Of a stretch of DNA of 64,000 nucleotides, positions 55,234-64,000 are shown piece by piece. Positions within the stretch are counted from its first letter, which is position 1. Each line of letters starts with the position of its first letter. Made by a program: the position numbers and the translations under genes. The stretch comes from Synechococcus sp. (GTDB taxonomy: Bacteria > Cyanobacteriota > Cyanobacteriia > PCC-6307 > Cyanobiaceae). The notes beneath the pieces are model-generated. The model saw only the letters and a list, made by a program, of their open reading frames with translations, was not told the DNA's origin and did not search any database. The stretch spans positions 512,001 to 576,000 of the forward strand of contig JBJBCN010000003.1 in the NCBI GenBank assembly GCA_047285805.1. Direction: 5' to 3'.

Positions 55234-55458
55234 GCAGCTGGCTTGCGTTCTCTGATGCGGTCGCCCTTTTCGGGAGACAAAAGAATCCTGAGCGCAACTG
55301 CCGATGCTCTTCAGGATTGAGGTCGGCCATGACTAGCTCGGTTCGCAGTCCACGAGCCTGAGCTGGTTCTTACCGCCTCGCTTGTCCTAGAGGGTGCGCG
55401 ACCAAACCTTGCAATTCATCCGCGACAGGCCTAAGCCAGGGGTAGTCGCTTAGTTGGT

Positions 55459-55632
55459 ATGCATGCCGTTCTGACGAAGTGCGCTTGCCCCAAGTGCAAA
55501 TGCGAGGTGCCAGAGGTTGGAGGTGTTGAGCGCAACGGCCTCAGCTTCTGCTCGGAAGCCTGTGCCTCAGGGCATCCAAACAATGAGCCTTGTCATCCCA
55601 CCGGCGCTTGCGGATGCGATTGCACTGACTAA
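55459..55632 (+). CDS. smtA: Bacterial metallothionein (SmtA/BmtA family), 57 aa
   Basis: Manual translation MHAVLTKCACPKCKCEV..FCSEACASGHPNNEPCHPTGACGCDCTD*. Confidence 0.93.
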   Translation: MHAVLTKCACPKCKCEVPEVGGVERNGLSFCSEACASGHPNNEPCHPTGACGCDCTD

Positions 55633-55778
55633 ACACTGGGGATCTTGGGTCAATGAGGTAACCAAGGCCATAGCCGAGCTAGGCGCCGAACCAGCGCCAT
55701 CCGAGCAGGGGAGTGCCAAGCTCCCGCACCTCAACACTCCCGACCAGGGATCCGTCGGTTAGTGCCAGTGGCCACTGG

Positions 55779-56012
55779 CTAGTGTCTGTGACCGCTGTGG
55801 TCATGGCCGCTGTGATCGTCTTCGCCACCGTCTTCTTCACAGGGTGACCAGACACCAAACCATTCGTAAGCGCCTTCTCAGCCCATCTCCTTGGCCCGTT
55901 GCAGGGCTTCTTCCTTAGTCGCAAAGGTGTAGTTGCCGTCAGGCTCTTCTGCTCTCACTCCCAGGGCGCACAAAGACGAAGCGAGCATTAGGACAGCTAT
56001 CAGTCTTTTCAT
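55779..56012 (-). pseudogene. DUF3721-like exported protein with His-rich tail, interrupted by an in-frame TGA
   Basis: MKRLIAVLMLASSLCALGVRA..FATKEEALQRAKEMG*EGAYEWFGVWSPCEEDGGEDDHSGHDHSGHRH*. Confidence 0.7.
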
Positions 56013-56042
56013 CTCTCCAACATGGGATGCGAGGCAATTCGA

Positions 56043-56063
56043 CTTCCAGGTGAAGTAAGCCAT
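56043..56063. repeat. 21-bp direct repeat, right copy (att-like)
   Basis: Identical to 53899-53919. Confidence 0.92.
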
Positions 56064-56120
56064 GGCCAGGCAATGCGCTGATCTGACCGTTAGACGGGCG
56101 GAGCAAATCGCGTCTGTCAA

Positions 56121-56146
56121 AGAAAAAGGGGGTTGCCATACCCCCT
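56121..56146 (-). terminator. Intrinsic terminator on the minus strand
   Basis: Reverse complement AGGGGGT-ATGGCA-ACCCCCT-TTTT. Confidence 0.7.
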
Positions 56147-56287
56147 CGAGAATCTCCCTTGCCCGACCCGAAGGTCGTGAACAAATGATGCGCCGCGGCG
56201 GGGGTTTGAACTGTTGTTCCTGTAACGCTCTGTGCACTGTGTTGGCTGCCGCTGACAGTGTTGAGTGATCAATGTGACCGTTGCGCC

Positions 56288-56428
56288 ATGACTTCTGCGG
56301 GCCTGGCTGTGCGACTGATCCTGTTGCTCGTCTTTGGCGCGGTGATGTGTACCTGGCTGGGGGAAGGCACTCCTCCGGTGAACAACACCGAGGCCGATGA
56401 CGCAATGCCCGCTTTGCAAGCGCAATAG
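56288..56428 (+). CDS. Small membrane protein (46 aa)
   Basis: MTSAGLAVRLILLLVFGAVMCTWLG..; one TM helix. Confidence 0.5.
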   Translation: MTSAGLAVRLILLLVFGAVMCTWLGEGTPPVNNTEADDAMPALQAQ

Positions 56429-56535
56429 GCCTGGACAACCTCCCGGCCTTGCGTAACAATTAAGATCGAACTTCTTGGTTTGGCGGCAAAGAAAAGCAAT
56501 GCCCACTCCAAAGCGTCTGCAAGCGATCTGATCAG

Positions 56536-56652
56536 ATGGAAATTCTGATCCATCTCCCCGCTTTGATGGTGGCCGGATCCGCCGCGTTCATCGGCTATTC
56601 CTATTACTCCGCGGCTGTTCAGCGGGCCGCAAAACGAGAGCGACTGCGCTAG
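56536..56652 (+). CDS. Small membrane protein (38 aa)
   Basis: MEILIHLPALMVAGSAAFIGYSYYSAAVQRAAKRERLR*; TM plus basic tail. Confidence 0.55.
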   Translation: MEILIHLPALMVAGSAAFIGYSYYSAAVQRAAKRERLR

Positions 56653-56956
56653 TCCGCTTATCCCAATGTCGTGGGACTCTCCACGCTCATGGTCGAACCC
56701 GAGAGTTCCGGTTTGGAGCAGGTTTGCAATTGGGATGTGGCCGCATGAGGCCGCGCTGGCTTTGGCTTGTCCTCTTCCTGAACGCGGGCATCGCCGTAGG
56801 GGTGGCCTGGTTCTGGGTGGACCACCGCCAGGTCTGCGCCCGTTGGGTATCCATGCAACTCAGTGATGCCAGGGCGTGGAGCAGTTGCGGCTTCAGCCGG
56901 CGCGCTACAACGCCTATTTCACGGTCCTCGGCTACTGCCGTTGCTACCGGGTCAGC

Positions 56957-58066
56957 TCAAGCCAGCAGCAGTAATCCCAGGGCGGCCAGCCCAGCGCTGA
57001 TGAGCCAGAAGCCCACGACCACCTGTTGTTCGGAGGCGACACCCAGTTCGAAGTGGTGGTGCAGTGGAGCCATGCGGAAGACCCGCCGGCCGACACCATC
57101 GGGGCCCTTGGTGGCCTTGAACACCCAGACCTGGACGATCACCGAAAGGGATTCCGCCAGGAAGATCCCGCCCATCAAGAGCAGGGCCCAGAGGCTGTTG
57201 CTCAGCAGGGCCACCGCGGCCAGGGCCGACCCCATGGCCAGGGAACCGGTGTCGCCCATGAATACCCGGGCCGGGTGCCGATTGAAGAGCAAGAAACCCA
57301 GCCAGCAGCCAGCCATGGCCGCGCAGAAGCCGGCGAGGGCGGGGTCCCCCTCATTGCCTCGGAGCATCAGCTGAACCCCCATGCCGCTGAAGACGATCGC
57401 TCCACAGCCGGCCGCCAGGCCATCGAGGCCGTCGGTGAGGTTGGTGGCGTTGCTTTCCGCCAAGAAGACGAAGAGGCCTAGGGGCCAGATCAGGAGGCCT
57501 AGGGGAAGGATCCAGCCCAGGGGCAGGGCGATCTGTGCGGTGATCAGCTCATGCCAGGAGGCCCAAGCCAGGAAGCCAGCGGCGCCGAGACCCTGCAGCA
57601 GCAGTTTGCGGCTGGGCGAGAGCCCCGTGTTGTGGCGTTTGGTCAGGCTACGCCAGTCATCGAATCCGCCGATGACCATGTAGGCCAGGGTGATCGCCGC
57701 GACCCCGGGCAAGCGCAGGTCGCTCGGGGCAATCAGCCCCCCCACCAGCACGCCGACGGGAACGACAAGCAGTCCTCCCATCGTGGGTGTCCCCGCTTTG
57801 CTCAGGTGGCTTTGGGGCCCCTCCTGGCGGATGACCTGTCCGAGTTTGAGGTTGCGCAGACGGGGCACCCCCCAGGTGCAGACAACGGCGCTGATGGCCG
57901 CCGCCACCAGCAGCGGAACGCTGAGCTGCGGTGTTCGCGTGAACCAGTCGCAGACGGCGCAGACCAACAACAGCAACAAACCCAGCAGCAGTGCCAGGCG
58001 GCGACTGTTGCTGGGCATCGAGGCGATGAACCTGCTGGTGGAGACCACAGGGGTGGGAGGAATCAA
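56957..58066 (-). CDS. mraY: Phospho-N-acetylmuramoyl-pentapeptide transferase (start may be 58018)
   Basis: [34 protein letters not shown]. Confidence 0.97.
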   Translation of the reverse strand: MIPPTPVVSTSRFIASMPSNSRRLALLLGLLLLLVCAVCDWFTRTPQLSVPLLVAAAISAVVCTWGVPRLRNLKLGQVIRQEGPQSHLSKAGTPTMGGLLVVPVGVLVGGLIAPSDLRLPGVAAITLAYMVIGGFDDWRSLTKRHNTGLSPSRKLLLQGLGAAGFLAWASWHELITAQIALPLGWILPLGLLIWPLGLFVFLAESNATNLTDGLDGLAAGCGAIVFSGMGVQLMLRGNEGDPALAGFCAAMAGCWLGFLLFNRHPARVFMGDTGSLAMGSALAAVALLSNSLWALLLMGGIFLAESLSVIVQVWVFKATKGPDGVGRRVFRMAPLHHHFELGVASEQQVVVGFWLISAGLAALGLLLLA

Positions 58067-58338
58067 TCCTCCCAGTTTTCCTCGTTTTGCTCGTCGTCGG
58101 CCTTGTAGTCCTCTTTCTCGCCCATCAGCGCGGACAGTTCTTCTTCTTCCACAGTGCTGACCTCGCTGGTGGCGGCTTCCTCATCCACCACGAGGCGGCC
58201 GCTGGTCTCGAGCCAGCTCAGGAGGTCGGGCTCTTCGCGCAGGGGCAGCACCGGGGCGGCTTCGCTGCGGCCGTAGCGGGTCAGCGAAGGATTAATGCCA
58301 TCCAGCTCGGAGAGGCTGGTGCTGAGGTTGCTGCTCAT
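58063..58338 (-). CDS. DUF3134-like protein
   Basis: [20 protein letters not shown] plus acidic tail; upstream of mraY. Confidence 0.85.
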   Translation of the reverse strand: MSSNLSTSLSELDGINPSLTRYGRSEAAPVLPLREEPDLLSWLETSGRLVVDEEAATSEVSTVEEEELSALMGEKEDYKADDEQNEENWED

Positions 58339-58440
58339 CGCGTGAGGCCCGTCGGACGTCGGTGTACAGGAGTGCCGGGTTTGTAGCTACCCAGCTGCCG
58401 CCAATCCGCCATCCTATCTGAGACTCTCCCTTGGGCCGAG

Positions 58441-58704
58441 ATGGCAGCGGCGAAATGGTGGCAGCTGGCGCCCGCCTGGGGTGTCGCACTTGTCATCAGT
58501 TGGCTTTTGGTCTGGGCAGGACGCCACTGGCCAACGCCGTTGTTGGCGCAAACCTGGGCCCTGGAGCGGCCCGATGCGGCGGTGGTTTTGGCCTTGGCAC
58601 TGGTCCTGCTGCCTCCTCTGGGGATCGCCCTTTGGCTGGTGCTCCAGATGGCTCGCCACCGCGACAGTGGAGAATCGATCGATTGCGCGCATGGAGAGCG
58701 TTGA
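58441..58704 (+). CDS. Hypothetical membrane protein, stop overlaps argG start
   Basis: Two TM segments; TGATG overlap. Confidence 0.6.
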   Translation: MAAAKWWQLAPAWGVALVISWLLVWAGRHWPTPLLAQTWALERPDAAVVLALALVLLPPLGIALWLVLQMARHRDSGESIDCAHGER

Positions 58705-59903
58705 TGGGCCGGGCCAAGAAGGCTGTGCTGGCGTATTCCGGTGGTGTGGATACCAGCGTCTGTATTCCCTATCTCAAGAACGAGTGGGGCGTGGAGGAGG
58801 TGATCACCTTTGCCGCCGATCTGGGGCAGGGGGATGAGCTCGAGCCGATCCGTCAAAAGGCGCTGGATTCCGGGGCGAGCCAGTCGATCGTTGGTGATCT
58901 GATCGAGCCCTTCATCCGTGATTTCGCCTTCCCGGCGATTCGCGCCAACGCCTTGTATGAAGGCCGCTACCCGCTCTCCACGGCCCTGGCGCGTCCCCTG
59001 ATCGCCCGCCGTCTGGTGGAGATCGCCCGCGAGGTCGGTGCGGATGCGGTGGCCCATGGCTGTACCGGCAAGGGCAACGACCAGGTTCGCTTCGACGTGG
59101 CGATTGGCGCCCTTGCACCGGATCTCAAGGTGCTGACCCCGGCCCGCGAATGGGGCATGAGCCGCGAGGAGACCATCGCCTACGGAGAGCGTTGTGGCAT
59201 CCCCTCCCCGGTGAGCAAGAAGTCGCCCTACTCGATTGATCTCAACCTGTTGGGTCGTTCGATTGAGGCGGGCCCCCTTGAAGATCCCAACGTGGAGCCT
59301 CCCGAGGAGATCTACGCCCTGACCGTTGGTGTGGATGCGGCTCCCGATCAGCCCCAGGTGGTGGAAATCGGGTTTGAGAAAGGCAATCCAGTCAGCCTTG
59401 ATGGCGAGCGTCTCGATCCCGTCAGCCTGATCCGCCGCGCCAACACCCTGGCCGGCAGCCACGGCTACGGCCGCCTCGACATGATCGAGAACCGTGTGGT
59501 GGGGATCAAGAGCCGTGAGATCTATGAAACCCCCGGTCTGCTGCTGCTCATCAAAGCCCACCAGGAACTGGAGAGCCTGACCCTGGCCGCGGATGTGCTG
59601 CGGAGCAAGCGCCAGTTGGAGCAGCAGTGGGCTGACGTGGTCTATCAAGGCCTCTGGTACGGCCCGCTGAAGGACGCCCTGGACGGCTTCATTGACCGCA
59701 CCCAGCGCACCGTGAACGGCAGCGTCAAGGTCAAGCTCCACAAGGGCAACGCCACCGTCGTCGGCCGCAGCAGCGCCAACAGCCTCTACGTGCCTGACAT
59801 GGCCACCTACGACTCCGGTGATCAGTTCGATCACCGTGCTGCCGAGGGCTTCATCTATGTGTGGGGTCTGCCGACCCGTCTCTGGGCCAACAGCCAGCGC
59901 TGA
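58704..59903 (+). CDS. argG: Argininosuccinate synthase
   Basis: [32 protein letters not shown]. Confidence 0.98.
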   Translation: MGRAKKAVLAYSGGVDTSVCIPYLKNEWGVEEVITFAADLGQGDELEPIRQKALDSGASQSIVGDLIEPFIRDFAFPAIRANALYEGRYPLSTALARPLIARRLVEIAREVGADAVAHGCTGKGNDQVRFDVAIGALAPDLKVLTPAREWGMSREETIAYGERCGIPSPVSKKSPYSIDLNLLGRSIEAGPLEDPNVEPPEEIYALTVGVDAAPDQPQVVEIGFEKGNPVSLDGERLDPVSLIRRANTLAGSHGYGRLDMIENRVVGIKSREIYETPGLLLLIKAHQELESLTLAADVLRSKRQLEQQWADVVYQGLWYGPLKDALDGFIDRTQRTVNGSVKVKLHKGNATVVGRSSANSLYVPDMATYDSGDQFDHRAAEGFIYVWGLPTRLWANSQR

Positions 59904-60225
59904 GGCCTAGGCCGCTTCGGGCCAGAGCGGTCTTACCCCAGCACACACCTCGGGTTGGAGGGGAAGGATCAAAGGCTCGTCCCCCTCAGGCGACTGCGGC
60001 TTCAGTTGGGGGCGACCATGCTGGAGGCGTTCATTATTCTGCGCTCATCAGCCGTTGGCGCTCGAGGATGGGTTCGAGCCGTTGATTGGACTTCCGTTCG
60101 AAGATTCCGAGCAGCTCCGCGAGGAGGGACTACATCTCAGCGATCTGATGCCGCGCGCGCTCCAGCTCCTGTTGGCTCTGGGTCAAAGCCGCCTGTAGGA
60201 CCTGATGCTCCAACAGCCGGCCCAT

Positions 60226-60263
60226 AAAAAAACCTCCTGGAACCTAACCAAGGCGCCAGGAGG
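60226..60263 (-). terminator. Intrinsic terminator after rpsF
   Basis: CCTCCTGG/CCAGGAGG stem plus T7 on the minus strand. Confidence 0.8.
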
Positions 60264-60290
60264 AAACAAGAGGCGAGATGCCTTTGGTGA

Positions 60291-60659
60291 TCAGGAAGCG
60301 GAGGTTTGCAGGGCAGCTTCGTCGCTGGTGGCCTGGGGTGCGGGACCGGTGCGGGGAGCAGGCAGGGGACCGTCCTGCTTGACGGTCAGGTAACGAATCA
60401 CGTCTTCGCTCAGTCGCATGGCCTTCTCGAGTGCAGCCACCTGTTGGCCGTCGCCGTTGTGGGCGAGCTGCACGTAGATCCCTTCCTTGTGCTTGGAAAT
60501 GGTGTAGGCCAGGCGGCGCTTGCCGCGCATCTGGCAATCCAGTACCTCAGCACCTGCTTCGGTGACGAGATCGCGGTACTTGGTGATATGGGTCTCCACC
60601 TCTTCCTCCGGGATATCCGGACGAAGGATGTACATCGTTTCGTAGTAGGGCTGCGACAT
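60291..60659 (-). CDS. rpsF: 30S ribosomal protein S6
   Basis: [22 protein letters not shown]. Confidence 0.98.
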   Translation of the reverse strand: MSQPYYETMYILRPDIPEEEVETHITKYRDLVTEAGAEVLDCQMRGKRRLAYTISKHKEGIYVQLAHNGDGQQVAALEKAMRLSEDVIRYLTVKQDGPLPAPRTGPAPQATSDEAALQTSAS

Positions 60660-60746
60660 GGCTTACGCGATCCGACGTGGACGCCGAAAGGGACGGTGGC
60701 TGATGGGGTGGACCGAAGCCCGTTCATCAGCGGCGGATGGTCCACA

Positions 60747-61208
60747 CTACAGCTGCATGCGAACAGCCTCAGACAGGCTGGGAATGTCGGCTTCCTTGCC
60801 GCGCAGGCACTGGATGATCCCGAAGAGCACCAGCACCAGCATCCCCAGGAAGATGGTGTTGGCCAGGGTCCGAACGGCGAAGTTCCCGCCCAGGGGAGCC
60901 AGCAGCAGGTTGAACGCCAGGGACAGCACGATCAGGAGGATGTCCAGCAGGATCGCCTGAAGGGCATTGAAGCGGATGAAATAAGGCACCCGTGGGTTGC
61001 GCACTACCCCGAGGAACAGCACCAAAAAGAGGATGAAACCGCCGAAGGGAATGGCCTGTTCCACCAGCACCAGCGGCAGCGCCGGCAGGCTGAGCCACTG
61101 GAGCATCGGGAAGAGGCTCGTCAGGGAGCGTCCGAAGGGAAGGCCGTCGCTCCAGGGCAAGACATAGGTCAGTAGGGCCAACAGCCTCTGCCAGCTGGGG
61201 ATCGTCAT
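60747..61208 (-). CDS. ycf60: Tic20/Ycf60 family membrane protein
   Basis: YVLPWSD, VVRNPRVPYFIRFNALQAILLD, IPSLSEAV. Confidence 0.92.
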   Translation of the reverse strand: MTIPSWQRLLALLTYVLPWSDGLPFGRSLTSLFPMLQWLSLPALPLVLVEQAIPFGGFILFLVLFLGVVRNPRVPYFIRFNALQAILLDILLIVLSLAFNLLLAPLGGNFAVRTLANTIFLGMLVLVLFGIIQCLRGKEADIPSLSEAVRMQL

Positions 61209-61244
61209 CGCTCGGGGTCACCTTGGAGGTGACGTTAGTGGGAC

Positions 61245-62129
61245 CTACTGCAGCTGGCGCAGGGCGGCCTGGTGCATGACCTCCACGGGCACTTCGCTGT
61301 GGGCACTCCAGAGGCGCAGGGAGGCGGCCCCCTGCCCCACGAGCATGCGCAGGCCGTCCAGGCTGCGGCAACCCTTCTTGGAGGCCTGCTGCAGCAGGGC
61401 AGTGGGCCGCGGGGTGTAGATCAAGTCGTACACCCAGGCCTGGGACGCAAGCCTCTCCAATTCAGCGGGGCTCAACGGGCAGGCCTGGCATGCGTTGGGG
61501 TCCGTCGCCGAGGTCATCCCCACCGGCGTGGTGTTCACCACCAGGTCCGCATGCGGCAGGGTTTCCTTGACGGCGTTCCCCCAGGACAGGGGCCGCAACT
61601 GGGGCGCCCAGCTTTCGCAGTCCGCCTGGAAGGTCTCCAGGGCTTCGGCCCGTCGCCCGGCCAGAACGATGTCGGCAAAGCCCAGCTCCACCAGGCCGGC
61701 GACGACGGCGCGGGCACTCCCTCCGCAGCCGAGCACCAGGGCCCGCTTCTCGGACCAGCTGGTTTCCCGCAGTGGCGCGCAGAACCCCTCCACATCGGTA
61801 TTGGTGCCCAGCCAGCCGCCCCCCTGGCGCGGCACCAGGGTGTTCACGGCCCCCAGCCGCTCCGCCAGTGGACTGAGTTCGCTGCAGAGCGCCGCGACCG
61901 CTTGCTTGTGGGGGATGGTCACGTTCAGGCCGCGGCAGCCCATCGCTTCAAGGGCGCGCACAACGGTGGTGAGTTCGGCCGCTGGCGTGGGCAGGGCCAG
62001 ATAGGCCCAGTCCACGCCCATCACTTCGAGGGCCGCGTTGTGCATCACCGGCGAGAGGGAGTGGCGCACGGGATCGCCCAGCACCCCCACAAGCGCGGTG
62101 CTGCCTTGGATGCGGGCCTCGGCGTTCAC
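61245..62129 (-). CDS. aroE: Shikimate dehydrogenase
   Basis: [38 protein letters not shown]. Confidence 0.96.
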   Translation of the reverse strand: MNAEARIQGSTALVGVLGDPVRHSLSPVMHNAALEVMGVDWAYLALPTPAAELTTVVRALEAMGCRGLNVTIPHKQAVAALCSELSPLAERLGAVNTLVPRQGGGWLGTNTDVEGFCAPLRETSWSEKRALVLGCGGSARAVVAGLVELGFADIVLAGRRAEALETFQADCESWAPQLRPLSWGNAVKETLPHADLVVNTTPVGMTSATDPNACQACPLSPAELERLASQAWVYDLIYTPRPTALLQQASKKGCRSLDGLRMLVGQGAASLRLWSAHSEVPVEVMHQAALRQLQ

Positions 62130-62133
62130 GGTG

Positions 62134-62159
62134 GTTCGGGCACTGTTCGGCAACCACAC
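62134..62159 (+). promoter_or_regulatory. K-box-like element upstream of dnaK
   Basis: GTTCGG twice, 11 bp apart; second reads GTTCGG-CAA-CCACAC. Confidence 0.45.
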
Positions 62160-62212
62160 CTAGCCCCACCCGGGTGCTGCTGCGGAGGATGCCTGCAGTT
62201 CAGAGGTCACCC

Positions 62213-64000
<1,788 letters not shown>

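Larger units (their letters stand above)
53899..56063. mobile_element. ~2.1 kb genomic islet without its own integrase
   Basis: Perfect 21-bp flanking direct repeats, visibly lower GC, small accessory ORFs. Confidence 0.7.

Noticed and set aside
55517..55762. 81-aa ORF in the track
   Set aside because: Overlaps the metallothionein in another frame.
56221..56236. NtcA-like TGTA-N8-TGCA
   Set aside because: One mismatch and no -10 element at the canonical spacing.

Overview
GC-rich picocyanobacterial (Synechococcus/Cyanobium-like) chromosomal segment, mostly conserved core genes: grpE-dnaJ-tusA-rsgA, murB/murC, gap2, thiL, efp-accB, pdxA, tRNA-Gly(CCC), cbiD-guaA, mrdA, sqdB/sqdX, psb34, thiG, rpmI-rplT, mgdA, tig-clpP-clpX-dnaX, asd-dapA-rnj, tilS, uvrB, sps, purT, mraY, argG, rpsF, aroE and dnaK (runs off the end). 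Three places depart from the backbone. (1) At 1-1171 a decayed type IV pilus operon has pilB fused in frame to the end of pilT by a large deletion, plus several frameshifts. (2) At 44.3-45.0 kb there is a multiply frameshifted gene. (3) At 53899-56063 a ~2.1 kb integrase-less islet is bounded by a perfect 21-bp direct repeat equal to the first 7 codons of a small host gene. The islet carries a metallothionein, a His-tailed DUF3721-like gene with an in-frame UGA at a likely Cys position, microproteins and hairpin/terminator sRNA-like units. All calls come from reading the sequence and recalled family motifs; no searches were run, and several start codons are approximate.
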